A stretch of DNA of 64,000 bases from an uncultured Trueperaceae bacterium (GCA_963815215.1 CAWFFU010000012.1:64001-128000), one strand, 5' to 3'. Positions 36,101 through 46,263 are shown, counted from the stretch's first letter. Numbers and translations: made by a program. Notes: generated from the letters alone by a model not told the origin.

Positions 36101-37991
36101 CGTCTTCGGCAACGGCATGCTGTATACCGACCGCATCCGACTCCAGGCCGCCTTCAACCACCTGCACATCTTCCTCGATCCCGACCCCGACCCGGCGGCG
36201 AGCTTCGCCGAGCGCAAGCGGCTGTTCGAGCTGCCGCGCTCCTCCTGGAGCGATTACGACGGGCAGCTCATCAGCGCCGGCGGCGGCATCTTCGAGCGCG
36301 GCGCCAAGAGCATCCCGCTGAGCCCCGAGGTCCGGCGCATGCTGGGCGTCGATGCCGCGGCGTTGAGCGGCCAGGATCTGGTGCGCGCCATCCTGTCCAT
36401 GCCGGCCGACCTGCTGTGGAACGGTGGCATCGGCACCTACGTGCGCGCCAGCAGCGAGCGCGACGCCGACGTCGGCGACGCCACCAACGACCCGGTGCGC
36501 ATCACCGCTCCGGAGCTGCGCTGCAGGGTGGTGGGGGAGGGTGGCAACCTGGGGCTGACGCAACTGGCGCGCATCGAGTACGCGCGCGGTGGAGGTCGCA
36601 TCAACACCGACGCCATCGACAACTCCGCGGGCGTGGATACCTCCGACCATGAGGTCAACATCAAGATCCTGCTGCAGCCGCTGGTGGCGTCGGGCGAGCT
36701 CAATGCCAAGCAGCGCAACCGGCTGCTCAAGGACACGGAGGACGAGGTCGCGGGACTGGTGCTGCGCGATAACGACCAGCAGTCGCTGGCGCTCAGCCTG
36801 GCCGAGCGCCGCAGCGTCGAGGACCTCGCCCTCTTCGACTCGTTGCTGGAGGAGCTGACAGTGCGCGGCGGTCTCAACCCGCGGGTCGAGTTCCTGCCCA
36901 CCCGGCGCCAGCTCCAGGAGCGCCAGCGCGCCGGAGAGGGCCTGGCGCGGCCCGAGCTCGCCGTCACCATGGCCTACGTCAAGATGGGGCTCTATCGGAA
37001 GCTCCTGGAGACCGCGCTCCCGGACGACTCCTGCTTCGAGCACTACCTCTTCGAGTACTTCCCGGGCGCCTTGCAGGAGCGCTTCGCCGACGGCATCCGC
37101 CGGCACACGCTGCGTCGCGAGATCACCGCCACGCAGTTCACCAACACGGTGGTCGATCTGCTTGGAGCGAGCTTCGTGCACCGGGCGGCGCGCGACAGCG
37201 GAGCCGGCGACATGGACGTCGTCAAGGCGGCCCTCATGGCGCTCGAGGTCCTCGACGCACGCGGCGTGGGGGAGAGGCTGGAGCGGCACCAGCCCCGTCT
37301 TCCCGCGGAGGCCCACTACGAGGCCCTGCACCATCTGGTGCACGCCGTTGAGGGCGTGGTGAGCTGGATGCTGTTCAACGACCTCACGCGCCGTAACGTT
37401 GGCGACTTCGTCGAGACCTACCGGGAGCCATTGCAGACACTTCGCAACGGGATCGAAGGCACCTTGCCGCCGGCCGAGCGGCGCCGCTTCAAGCGGCGCA
37501 CCAAGCAGCTCGCCAAGCTCGGCTTCGGTGCCGAGTTGGGGGCCGAGATCGCCAGTCTCGACTATCTGCCGACCAGCGTGGGCATCATCGAGGTCAGCCG
37601 CCGGACCGAGATCGGCCTGGAAGAGGCCGCGACGCGCTTCTACGCCCTGGGCGAGCGTCTGGCGCTGGGATGGCTGCGCGATGGTCTGGGGCAGCTACCC
37701 GCCCAGGGGACCTGGGAGAAGATCGCGGCCGTCGGACTGGTGATGGACCTGCGCGAGGCCCAGCGGAAGCTCGCCACCGCCTTCATCGAGGCCCGCAAGC
37801 AGGAGGACGGGCTGTCGGCCGAGAGCTTCCTGGCTCGTCACCCGCATCTGCTCGAACGTTTCGACGAAGCGCTCGAGGAGTTGAAGCTGCCCGGAGCCCT
37901 GACCCTGGCCGGAGCCGCGGTGTTGGTGCGGCTGCTGGCGCAGGCGCAGCGGACGGGCGCCAACGGTGCGGCCGTGCGCGCCGCCGGCTGA
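33165..37991 (+). CDS. gdhB: Large NAD-specific glutamate dehydrogenase
   Basis: EGVHLRGGKVARGGIRWSDR, KNAVIVPVGSKGGF, YLVVAADKGTA, GIGDMSGDVFGNGML, NTDAIDNSAGVD; RBS gagagg before ATG 33165. Confidence 0.95.
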   Translation: MPATLEQVRNRIRRSGSQEGPLLTRFAEILFGKADDAFLDEFDSDSLFAMAVDGLHFLEGGLRDGPRVQVFNPRFDTDGWDAPYTVIRLLLYDRPFIVDSVRAELGRHGVELFHLLHPMVTPERDPSGAVVGVGVKGERERREAVEMYFVERLESEEKRADLAAAIRRVLQDVLLATGDYAAMRERALAMRAYVAGLRQKSAQGYHRDRGEELEEYGAFMEWLDDDNFVFLGYREYDITTVDGVRSLQVTPDSGLGILRKTETSAYEQAVAIADLPEGLRERVTGGRVFVVTKTNAESTVHRPARMDYIGIKKLSDSWQVLGEHRFLGLFTSKAHSTPVEHIPILRRKLRQVLELDDALPGSHDYKGIVAVFNTMPREELFWSDAEQLHRDIRTILGLEQERGVRVTLRPDPLSRGVGVMVIMPRESFNSEVRRTVQHFLARKLVADHVDYNLAMGEDQAQVRFHFFFTTSLRADEIDLKGLEREVADLARSWRDELRERLVSAHGAREGRRLAERYSEAFDQRYTADTGAALALRDIANLERLGGDTVLADVLNPPEERGEDAASLVRIYHQGHGMALSDVLPVLENVGFRVIEQVPYMFTLEGGQRGIEVFRVRDAEGRALDVRRHRQRLVDALESLLLGRAENDRLNRLVLKAGLTVRQVALLRTYQMDFAQLNAVTSRRFVNDTLLAHPSVAADLVTFFEARFDPARADGRDERMEQARQAVLTGLAEVRSLPEDRSLRGLLDLMEATVRTNYFLDKDYIAFKLASGQVASMPDPRPLYEIAVAGLGVEGVHLRGGKVARGGIRWSDRPDDFRTEILGLMKTQMTKNAVIVPVGSKGGFVLKRAPLGRDALRAYVREQYQVFIRGLLDLTDNRVDDRVVHPEGLVIYDEDDPYLVVAADKGTATFSDLANETAAEYGYWLGDAFASGGSHGYDHKVIGITARGAWECVARHFDELGLDVFEDAFSVVGIGDMSGDVFGNGMLYTDRIRLQAAFNHLHIFLDPDPDPAASFAERKRLFELPRSSWSDYDGQLISAGGGIFERGAKSIPLSPEVRRMLGVDAAALSGQDLVRAILSMPADLLWNGGIGTYVRASSERDADVGDATNDPVRITAPELRCRVVGEGGNLGLTQLARIEYARGGGRINTDAIDNSAGVDTSDHEVNIKILLQPLVASGELNAKQRNRLLKDTEDEVAGLVLRDNDQQSLALSLAERRSVEDLALFDSLLEELTVRGGLNPRVEFLPTRRQLQERQRAGEGLARPELAVTMAYVKMGLYRKLLETALPDDSCFEHYLFEYFPGALQERFADGIRRHTLRREITATQFTNTVVDLLGASFVHRAARDSGAGDMDVVKAALMALEVLDARGVGERLERHQPRLPAEAHYEALHHLVHAVEGVVSWMLFNDLTRRNVGDFVETYREPLQTLRNGIEGTLPPAERRRFKRRTKQLAKLGFGAELGAEIASLDYLPTSVGIIEVSRRTEIGLEEAATRFYALGERLALGWLRDGLGQLPAQGTWEKIAAVGLVMDLREAQRKLATAFIEARKQEDGLSAESFLARHPHLLERFDEALEELKLPGALTLAGAAVLVRLLAQAQRTGANGAAVRAAG

Positions 37992-38017
37992 GCGCGCCGG
38001 TTGAGCGGCGCGGCGCG

Positions 38018-39121
38018 TCAGGTCGAGCGCACGTACGCCCGCAGGAGCGCGTCGAGACGGGCGAGGCCGTCGTCGGTAGCGCGCAGCTGGCTGCCGTCGA
38101 GGGTGAGCAGGCGGTGGCGCAGGGCTTCGTCGAGCCAACGTGGCGCGGTGGTCTCGGGTCCCAGCCCGGTGACGGCGCGCAAGTTGGCGAGGTCGACGCC
38201 CTCGCGGGTGCGCAGGCCGGTCAGCAGGCGCTCGAGTACCACGCCCTCGGCGTCGAGCACGTCGCGCTCGGGGGGCGCTCCTTCGAGCCAGGCGCGGATC
38301 GGCGGGTTGCGCAGGCGGGTGCCGTAGGCCCCGCCCTCCGGCAGGTAGGAGGAGGCGGAGGGGCCGAGTCCGAGGTAGAAGCCTCCGCGCCACGCCGCCA
38401 GGTTGTGGCGCGCCTCCTCGCCCGGGCGCGCGTAGTTCGACACCTCGTAGCGTCGTAGGCCGTAGGCCGCCAGCAGCGGGGCGGTGGCCTCGAAGTCGTC
38501 GGCCTCGCGTTCCGGGTCGACGCGTACGCCGCGACGGGCGAACGGTGTGTTCGGCTCGATCGTGAGCGAGTAGACGCTCATATGGCCGACCCCCGTGTCC
38601 GCGACGCGCCGCAGGTCGAGCGCGGCGTCCTGGCCCGGCACCGCGGTGATCACGTCGGCGTTGACGCGCAGGCCCGCCTCGAGCGCCCACGCCACCGCCT
38701 GCAGACCCTGCTTCCCGTCGTGGACGCGGCCGAGGAAGCGCAGCACGGCGTCCTGCGTCGACTGCAGGCCGATCGACAGCCGGTCGAAGCCGAACTCCCG
38801 GAAGCGTCGCAACCGCTCGGGCGTGAACGTCAGCGGATCGGCCTCGAGGGTCGTCTCGAGCTGGGCAGGCAAGCCGAAGGTGCGCTGCAGGAGGGACGCG
38901 ACCTGGGACAGCTCGTCGTCGGTGAGGTGCGACGGGGTGCCGCCTCCGAAGTAGAGGGTGTCGAGCGGTCCGGGGTAGCGCTCGGCCAGGTCGTGGGCTT
39001 CGCGTTCGAGTCTGTCGAGGTAGCGCGCCACAAGTCCGTCGTTCCGGAGCATCTTGTGGAAGTCGCAGTAGGGACAGACGCTGGGGCAGAAGGGGACGTG
39101 CAGGTAGATCGAGCGCACCAC
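38018..39121 (-). CDS. hemW: Radical SAM heme chaperone HemW (HemN family)
   Basis: YLHVPFCPSVCPYCDF (CxxxCxxC), YFGGGTPS, YEVSNYA, HNLAAW; start GTG 39121 inferred from a -10 box 6 nt upstream. Confidence 0.88.
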   Translation of the reverse strand: MVRSIYLHVPFCPSVCPYCDFHKMLRNDGLVARYLDRLEREAHDLAERYPGPLDTLYFGGGTPSHLTDDELSQVASLLQRTFGLPAQLETTLEADPLTFTPERLRRFREFGFDRLSIGLQSTQDAVLRFLGRVHDGKQGLQAVAWALEAGLRVNADVITAVPGQDAALDLRRVADTGVGHMSVYSLTIEPNTPFARRGVRVDPEREADDFEATAPLLAAYGLRRYEVSNYARPGEEARHNLAAWRGGFYLGLGPSASSYLPEGGAYGTRLRNPPIRAWLEGAPPERDVLDAEGVVLERLLTGLRTREGVDLANLRAVTGLGPETTAPRWLDEALRHRLLTLDGSQLRATDDGLARLDALLRAYVRST

Positions 39122-39297
39122 CAGGCAAGGGTAGTCCACGGACGGGGCATGCAGGGTGGCGCCATCTTGCGCGTTGCACCATGAGCGAGCTCGTGGCTGT
39201 GGAGTGAGAAAGCCCCGGCAGCCCGGGACGTTTGTCCTATGCGTCTGGGATGTCCGCGCAGCCTCATCCGTCGCTCACATGAAGGAGACCGAATTCC

Positions 39298-40856
39298 ATG
39301 AAGCGAATGTTCCTCGGTGCTGGCTGCGCTCGTGCTCACGGTGCTCCTGGCCGTCGTGCAGCCAGCAGGCCAGCCTGTCGGTGGCGCTCGGTAGCGCCAG
39401 TGGTTCGGTGGTGCGCGGTGACCAGGTGAGCGTGCCGGTCACGGTGAGCAACGCCTCCGGGAGCGTGACGCTGTCGGTTAGCGGCGCGCCCGCCGGTGTG
39501 ACGGCGAGTCTGGCGAGCACCACGTTGAGCGGTGGGGCGACGTCGACGACGCTGGACGTGCAGGTCTCGGCGGCGGTTGCCGAGGGCGCCACGACGTTGA
39601 CGGTCGATGCCACGGAAGGCAGCAACGCGGCGTCCGCGACCTACGATGTGACGATCACCAGCCTGTCGGTGCACGGGAAGGTCGTGGGCCTGCTCGACAT
39701 CCCCGTGGCGGGAGCGGTCGTGTCGATCCAGGGGACCAACGCCTTCACGGCTTCGGACGGTAGCTTCACGGTCGGCGGGGTCGCCGTTCCCTACGATCTC
39801 GCCGTCATCCAGCACGGCACGACCCCCTCGACGGGCTACGCGCACGTGTTCCAGGGGCTCACGACCTCCAATCCGACGGTCCTGCCCGTGTCCGTGCTCA
39901 GCGGCACGGGAACCCCTCAGAGCGCCACGATCACCGGAACGCTCGGATCGGCCGTGGCGACGGGCTACACGGCAAAGGTTGCGTGCAAGCGGTGTCTCGG
40001 TGGTGGTGTTCGGTTGCGCGACCGTGCCTGCCGGCGGCACCAGCTTCTCGCTCCCGGCGGCCTGGGGGTCAGGGCCGACCGTTGTCGCGACGGTCCGGGT
40101 GCTCGAGGTGCAGACCGATGCCAGCGGGGTCGCGACCGGCTACGGCAGGTACGGCACGGCCAGCGTCACCCTGTCCAACGGCGGCAGCACGCCGGTCACC
40201 GTGAACCTGGGCAGCGGGGCCCGCGCCAGCGACGTTGTCGGCGAACGTCACCGTCCCTTCCGGCTACTCGCTCAACAGCATCTCCGTGAGCGCCTCGCTC
40301 GATGCGATGAGCAGCCTCTCGCTGTTCGGCAACGACCTCGGTGTCCAGTTTCAGCGGGGTGGTCCCGCAGCTCGCGGGGGCCAGCTACGCCGTCGTCGCG
40401 AATGCCTATTCCTCCGGCACGGGCGGCGCGTCGATCGCCTGGAAGACGGGGCTCGCGGGTGGCGATAGTGCCACGCTGGGCCTCCTCGCGCCGCCGGCAC
40501 TGATTGCGCCGGCCGACGGGGCCACCGGCGTAGGCGTCGGCTCGACGCTGAGCGTAGCGGCGTCGGGGGGCGGAGCGGTCACCTTCTTGGTGCAGCGGTC
40601 TGGACAGGAGTTCGCGGTCACGACCATGAGCACGAGCGCGACCATCCCGGACCTCAGCGCACTGGGATTCACGCTCGCCGCCGCCACCAACTACACTGGG
40701 AGGTGATCCTCGACTACGGCCACCACGGCCGACGACGCGGCCGACGGTTGGATCAGCGGCTACCTCGATGCGCTTATCGCGGCAAGCGGCGGCCCGGCGC
40801 CGACTGCCGACGGCGCGATCGTGTCGACGGCGACGAGGGGTTTCACGACGCCCTGA
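39298..40856 (+). pseudogene. Frameshifted Ig-like lipoprotein, paralog of 41131-42705
   Basis: Colinear similarity to the downstream gene from MKRMFLG...SCSQQASLSV to RGFTTP, split over about seven frame changes; could be an assembly error. Confidence 0.75.
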
Positions 40857-40888
40857 GGACGGTGCGCGCGACGCTCATCACGCGTCCG

Positions 40889-40916
40889 GCGGGGGCGGCC
40901 TTCGGGCCGCCCCCGC
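40889..40916 (+). terminator. 12-bp GC hairpin with C(UUCG)G loop
   Basis: gcgggggcggcc-ttcg-ggccgcccccgc after the frameshifted gene; no U-tract. Confidence 0.6.
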
Positions 40917-41130
40917 TGCATCGTTGGCGGACCCGGAGAGCCGGTGGATGTGCGTCACGACGCCGGAGCGCGAGCCCAGGGATCGCGGGACGGCGCACGA
41001 GGTCGCGCCGAGGTGTCATGAGCTTCGCGTGGGTTTGCTGTGAGAAACGTCATGGGGCGCCGGGACAGATGTCCCTATGGTCGAGAAGGGACCGAATGTC
41101 CGCTCCGCTCTACGATCAGGAGGACCCGCC

Positions 41131-42705
41131 ATGAAGAGACTGCTCTTCGGCGCCAGCGCGCTTGCGCTGGCCCTGCTGCTGGCGTCGTGCAGCCAGCAAG
41201 CAAGCCTTTCCGTTCAGCTCGGTAGCACGACCGGATCGGTCGTGCGCGGCGACCAGGTGAGCGTACCGGTCACCGTGAGCAACGCCTCCGGGTCGGTGAG
41301 CCTGTCGGTCACAGGTGCTCCAGCCGGGGTGACGGCGACGCTGGCGAGCTCCACGCTGAGCGGCGGGGCCACCTCGACCACCCTGGACGTGCAGGTCTCG
41401 GCCGCCGCCGCCGACGGTAGTGCGACCCTGACGCTCAACGCCGTGGAGGGCAGCAATGCCGCCTCCGCCACGTTCGACCTGACGATCACCAGCCTGTCGG
41501 TGAGCGGAGCGGTGGTCGACGCGCTCGGGAGCGGCATGGCGGGCGCCACGGTCGCCATCCAGGGCACCACGGCGACGACGGATGCCAACGGCGCCTTCAC
41601 GATCGGGGGGGTCGCGGTCCCCTACGACCTCATCGTGAAGCAGACGTCCGGAAGTACTCCCGTAGCACAGGTGTTCGAGGGCCTGACGAGCGCGTCGCCG
41701 ACGGTCAATACCTTTGTCGGGGCCCTTGGCATGAGCGCACCGCCGTTGTCGGCCACCATCAGCGGGAACCTTTCCGCGGCCGTCGCGACCGGTTTCACCG
41801 CTGTGGTCTGTGTACAGTCCACGACGACCTGGGTGCAGGGGTGCACGAGCGTCGGCGCTGGCTCGAGCGGCTATTCCTTCACCCCACGCTGGGTGACGGG
41901 GGCGAGCGTTCCGGTGACGGTCCACGCCCTCGAGGTGGCGACGGACAGCAACGCCATGGCGACCGGCTACGGCCGGTACGGGACCGCAACGGGCACCGTG
42001 TCCAACGGCGGGACGCCCACGATCGACGTGACGTGGGGGAGCACGCCGAGCACCGGGACCATCGCGACGAGCGTGAACGTTCCGGCCGGCTTCCAGCTCG
42101 AGGACGTCTACGGCGCTGCCGGCCTCGCCTCCTCGACGACCCTCCCGCTGTTCTCCGCCTTCAACGGCTCCGGTCTTCCGAGTAGTTTCAACGCCGTCGT
42201 CCCGCAGATCTCGAGCTCGGGTTTCACGCTGGCGGTCACGGCCTACCCCGGGACCACGGGTTCGGCGATCACCATCGGTTGGAAGAGCGGCCTGATGGCC
42301 GGGAGCAGCGCCACGCTCGATCTGCCGGCGCCGCCGACGCTGACCGCGCCGGCCGACGGGGCGACCGGCGTGGGGGTCGGGTCTACCCTCAGCCTGTCGG
42401 GTACGGGTGGTGGAGCCGCCACCTTCCTCATCTCCAATCCGAGCCTCGCGATCATCGTGACCACGACGAACGCCAGCATCACCATCCCCGATCTGACCTC
42501 GGTGGGAATGGCACTGAGCTCGGGCGGCAGCTACTCCTGGGGAGCGATCATCACTCCCTCCGCGTCCACGCCGGAGGACGCAGCCGCGCACTGGATCGAC
42601 GAGTACTTCCGGTCCTTCAATGCAGTCCAGAACGGCGGTACCCTCTCGAGCCAGACGAGCGGCGCCATCATGCAAACCGATAGCCGGGGCTTCACGGCAC
42701 CCTGA
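41131..42705 (+). CDS. Ser/Thr/Gly-rich multidomain Ig-like surface lipoprotein
   Basis: RBS aggagg; lipobox LLLASC; TTDANGAFTI carboxypeptidase-regulatory-like module; PTLTAPADGATGV. Confidence 0.85.
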   Translation: MKRLLFGASALALALLLASCSQQASLSVQLGSTTGSVVRGDQVSVPVTVSNASGSVSLSVTGAPAGVTATLASSTLSGGATSTTLDVQVSAAAADGSATLTLNAVEGSNAASATFDLTITSLSVSGAVVDALGSGMAGATVAIQGTTATTDANGAFTIGGVAVPYDLIVKQTSGSTPVAQVFEGLTSASPTVNTFVGALGMSAPPLSATISGNLSAAVATGFTAVVCVQSTTTWVQGCTSVGAGSSGYSFTPRWVTGASVPVTVHALEVATDSNAMATGYGRYGTATGTVSNGGTPTIDVTWGSTPSTGTIATSVNVPAGFQLEDVYGAAGLASSTTLPLFSAFNGSGLPSSFNAVVPQISSSGFTLAVTAYPGTTGSAITIGWKSGLMAGSSATLDLPAPPTLTAPADGATGVGVGSTLSLSGTGGGAATFLISNPSLAIIVTTTNASITIPDLTSVGMALSSGGSYSWGAIITPSASTPEDAAAHWIDEYFRSFNAVQNGGTLSSQTSGAIMQTDSRGFTAP

Positions 42706-42799
42706 GGTAGGGACGGTCGACGACAACTCGCTCGGAGCGCGCCGGGGGCGGCCCCTAGGCCGCTCCCGACGCGTCGGTCGACGTGCGTGGGCTTCTTCG

Positions 42800-44152
42800 T
42801 CAGTTCTTCGGCAGGCCCTTGAGCTGGTCGGCCAGGATCTCGTTGGCCGTGGCGTTGGCGGTCTTCAGGGTGTCGGCGACCGGCGCGCCGTCCATGATGG
42901 CGGCCATGTCGCTGGCGACCTCGTCGCGCACGAAGTCGTAGCCGGGCACCGGCGGCTCGGCGATGCCGTAGGGCAACAGGTCGAAGGCCGTCTTGTAGGC
43001 CGGGTGGGCGTCGAAGTAGTCGGTGAGCTCGTTGGCCACGCTCTTGCGCACCGGGAAGTACTCGCTCGCCTTGGCCCACTGAGCCTGCACCGTGGGGCTG
43101 GTGTAGTACTTGATGAAGATCCAGGACGCCAGGTTGGCCTCCTTGGAGTGGCCGGTGGGGATGCTGACGCTGGCGCCGTAGATGTTCATGACCGGGTCGG
43201 GCGTGGTGTGGGGGATGGCGGCGACGCTCCAGTCGAACTTGGCTCCCTCGTCGACGGCACTCTTGTAGAAGGGCAACCCCGAGGAGGAGCCGATGGTGAA
43301 CAGCGTGCGGCCCGCGCCGAAGTCGGTCTGGTCCCCGTAGTTCTCGGTGACGATGGTCGCGCACTTCTCGTCGAACAGGCCCTGCAGGAACGTCATCGCC
43401 TGGTTCGCTGCCTCGGAGTCGTAGGTGAAGCGGTTGGCGGCGTCATCGAAGATGTTGCCGCCGAAGGCGAACGTCCAACTCGCGAAGCGGCTGGCGTCGA
43501 TGGACAGCTCGTAGCCGATGGCGCCGCTGGTGGTGGCTTTGCCATAGGGGTTCTTCGTGGCGGCGCAGGCGGCCTGCTGGAACTGCTGCGGGGTGACGGG
43601 AGGCCCGTCGAAATCGATCTTGCCGGCCGCGCGCAGCTCCTTCAGCCAGTCGATGTTGTAGTACAGGACCTCCATCGAGCGGTTGGGCGGGAAGCCATAA
43701 CGCGCGCCGCCGAAGCTGGGGAAGACGTCGGCATTGAAGAAGCCCGGGAAGAAGTCGGCCTTGTCGGCGGCGCTGATGCCCCACTTGGGCGAGTCCACCA
43801 ACGGCCGCATGTCGGTGACGCCGTTGCCGAGCGCGTACGTAGCCGACTGGTTCTGGTAGGCGACGACGATGTTGGGGGCGTCAGCGGTATCGAGAACGGG
43901 TAGCATCTTGCGGAAGATGTCGTTGTAGCCGCCCTGGTACTCGGCCTTGACGGTGATGTGGTACGGGTTCGAGCTGTTGAACGCCGCGACGATCTGCTGC
44001 AGTGCGGTCTCGCGATCCAGCGTGTGCTGGTGCCAGAAGGTGATGGTCTGGCCGCTAGGGTCGACGTTCTCGTAGTCGCCCTGGGCGGACGCCGTGGCCA
44101 GCGTCGCGAACAGCAACGCGGCCCCCAATAGGACGAGCGGACCTCGCTTCAT
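42800..44152 (-). CDS. Carbohydrate/glycerol-3-phosphate-type ABC substrate-binding protein
   Basis: Signal peptide; ITFWH, YQGGY, FPPNRSMEVLYYN, YFPVRKS. Confidence 0.88.
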   Translation of the reverse strand: MKRGPLVLLGAALLFATLATASAQGDYENVDPSGQTITFWHQHTLDRETALQQIVAAFNSSNPYHITVKAEYQGGYNDIFRKMLPVLDTADAPNIVVAYQNQSATYALGNGVTDMRPLVDSPKWGISAADKADFFPGFFNADVFPSFGGARYGFPPNRSMEVLYYNIDWLKELRAAGKIDFDGPPVTPQQFQQAACAATKNPYGKATTSGAIGYELSIDASRFASWTFAFGGNIFDDAANRFTYDSEAANQAMTFLQGLFDEKCATIVTENYGDQTDFGAGRTLFTIGSSSGLPFYKSAVDEGAKFDWSVAAIPHTTPDPVMNIYGASVSIPTGHSKEANLASWIFIKYYTSPTVQAQWAKASEYFPVRKSVANELTDYFDAHPAYKTAFDLLPYGIAEPPVPGYDFVRDEVASDMAAIMDGAPVADTLKTANATANEILADQLKGLPKN

Positions 44153-44183
44153 ATGTACTCCCTTCCCTCCTGAGGAATGGCGA

Positions 44184-45092
44184 TCATCCCTTCAGCCCCG
44201 AGGTGGCGATCCCCTCGGTGAACTGACGCTGGGTGAAGAAGTAGACCACCATGACGGGCAGGATGGTGATCACCGCGCCCGCCATGAGGTAGTGCGTCTG
44301 CGGACCCGCCTCGGTGATGAAGGTGTACAGCCCCACGCCGAGCGGGCGCCAGGTGGGCGTGGTCGTGACCAGCAGCGGCCATAGGAACTCGTTCCAGGTA
44401 CGGACGAAGGTGAGCAGGGCGGCGGTCATCATGACCGGGCGGCTCATCGGCACCACCACCGCGGTCAGGAAGCGAAGGTGCCCGGCGCCGTCGATGCGCG
44501 CGGCGTCCCACAGCTCGTCGGGGATGCCCTGGAAGAACTGCCGGAACAGGAAGATGATGAACGCCGTCGACAGGAACGGCACCGTCAACGCCGGCAGCTT
44601 GTTGATCCAGGAGCCCCAGGGGATGATGTCGCCCCGGATCAGCAGGAAGTTGGGGATGAAGGTGACCGTGCTGGGGATCATCAGGGTGGTGAGCAGCACC
44701 ATGAAGATGATCTCCCGCCCCGGGAAGCGGATCTTGGCGAAGGCGTAGCCCGCCAGCGTACAGGTGACCAGCACCCCCAGGATCACGATGGCGCTGATGA
44801 CGACGCTGTTGCGGAAGTACAGCGCGAAATCGGCCTCGGTCCAAGCCCGCTGATAGTTGATCCACTGAGGATGGGCGGGCACCAGGCGCCGGTTGATGGT
44901 CTCGCCGAGTGTCATCAGCGAGGTCGAGGCCATGTAGAAGAACGGCGTGAACGAGACCAGCGCGCCCACCAGCAGCAGGAAATAGACGGGTAGTTGAGAG
45001 AGCCTGAACTCGAAGGGCTCGCTGCCGGCGCGGGCCGCCCGGGCGCCGGCCCCGCGCGCGGAGCGGACGGCGTCGGACGGGAGGCTAGCCAC
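44184..45092 (-). CDS. Carbohydrate ABC permease (UgpE/MalG type)
   Basis: AGYAFAKIRFPG, LFRQFF, ELWDAARIDGAG, WNEFLWPL. Confidence 0.9.
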   Translation of the reverse strand: MASLPSDAVRSARGAGARAARAGSEPFEFRLSQLPVYFLLLVGALVSFTPFFYMASTSLMTLGETINRRLVPAHPQWINYQRAWTEADFALYFRNSVVISAIVILGVLVTCTLAGYAFAKIRFPGREIIFMVLLTTLMIPSTVTFIPNFLLIRGDIIPWGSWINKLPALTVPFLSTAFIIFLFRQFFQGIPDELWDAARIDGAGHLRFLTAVVVPMSRPVMMTAALLTFVRTWNEFLWPLLVTTTPTWRPLGVGLYTFITEAGPQTHYLMAGAVITILPVMVVYFFTQRQFTEGIATSGLKG

Positions 45093-46263
45093 GGAACACG
45101 CTCCTCCCGAAGAAGCGGCTCTGGTAGAGCGTGAGGATCAGGATGATGGCGAACAACACCACCGACTGCGCCGCGGCCAGGCTCCAGTTGTTGCGCTTGT
45201 AGAAGGTATCGAAGATCACGATGCTGGCCGTATCGACGGCGTCCCGCACCGCCAGCTGGCGCATGACGTAGATGTGGGTGAAGGCCTGGAAGGTGCCGAT
45301 GAAGCCGAGCACGGTCAGGTAGAACGTCACCGGCGACAACAGCGGCACGGTGATGTGGCGGAAGCTCTGGATGCGGTTGGCGCCGTCGATGGCGGCGGCC
45401 TCGTAGAGATCCTGGGGGATGTTGCCCAGGCCCGCCAGGAAGATCACGGCGTTGTAGCCCGTGAAGGTCCAGATGCCGAACAGGATGATGGTCACCAGCG
45501 CCAGGCTCGGGCCCGCCCAGAAACCGGTGATGTGCTCGACGCCCAGGCGGTGCAACAGGCCGCCGAAGAGCACCTCGGTGACCGGCTTCGTCTCGAACAG
45601 CCAGCGCTGCGGCGGGATATGCAGCCACGACAGCACCGTGTTGGCGAGGAACTCGGGGCGCGGACTGAAGATGGCTCGGAAGACCGCGGCGCCGGCGACG
45701 GCGGGAGCGACATAGGGCAGGAAGTAGAACATGCGGAAGAACTCGCGCCCGCGGATGCGCTGGAACAGCAGGCTGGCGATCACCAGCGCCAGGGCGATCT
45801 GGATGGGCACCGATCCGAAGCCGTAGTAGACGGTCCGGACCAGTCCCTGCAGGAACGCGCGGTCGCCGCTGTGGGCCATCAACTGCCAGCCCAGGGCGAC
45901 GCTCACGCCGCTGGCCAGCAACAACAGGGCGCCTCCCGCCTGCAGGTAGCGCCGCGCCTCGGCCCGGCCGCCGCGGAAGGCGTCGGTCCACAACCAGTGC
46001 GCCACCAGCACGAGCAACAAGCCCCCGAAGAAGGCCGCGACCCCGCCGGCGTGCCCGAGGGTGCGGGCGTAGTTCGACAGACCCACGAACGCACCCTGGC
46101 GTACCCGCCAGGTGTACAGGCTCATGTAGACGGCGTAGGCGATGGGGAAGAGGCCGAAGATCGCGATGATCACCACCGCCGGAAGGATGAACACATAGCC
46201 GGTCATCCACTCGCGCCACACCCGCTTGCGGAGGCGCTCGCGTGGACCGGTGTTGACCGTCAC
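45085..46263 (-). CDS. Carbohydrate ABC permease (UgpA/MalF type)
   Basis: YFLPYV, GYNAVIFLAGL, LYEAAAIDGA, ITVPLLSP. Confidence 0.9.
   Translation of the reverse strand: MTVNTGPRERLRKRVWREWMTGYVFILPAVVIIAIFGLFPIAYAVYMSLYTWRVRQGAFVGLSNYARTLGHAGGVAAFFGGLLLVLVAHWLWTDAFRGGRAEARRYLQAGGALLLLASGVSVALGWQLMAHSGDRAFLQGLVRTVYYGFGSVPIQIALALVIASLLFQRIRGREFFRMFYFLPYVAPAVAGAAVFRAIFSPRPEFLANTVLSWLHIPPQRWLFETKPVTEVLFGGLLHRLGVEHITGFWAGPSLALVTIILFGIWTFTGYNAVIFLAGLGNIPQDLYEAAAIDGANRIQSFRHITVPLLSPVTFYLTVLGFIGTFQAFTHIYVMRQLAVRDAVDTASIVIFDTFYKRNNWSLAAAQSVVLFAIILILTLYQSRFFGRSVFRG

Noticed and set aside
39298..40856. Programmed frameshifting or phase variation in the first lipoprotein gene
   Set aside because: About seven scattered indels with no long homopolymer or slippery sites; too many for a switch.
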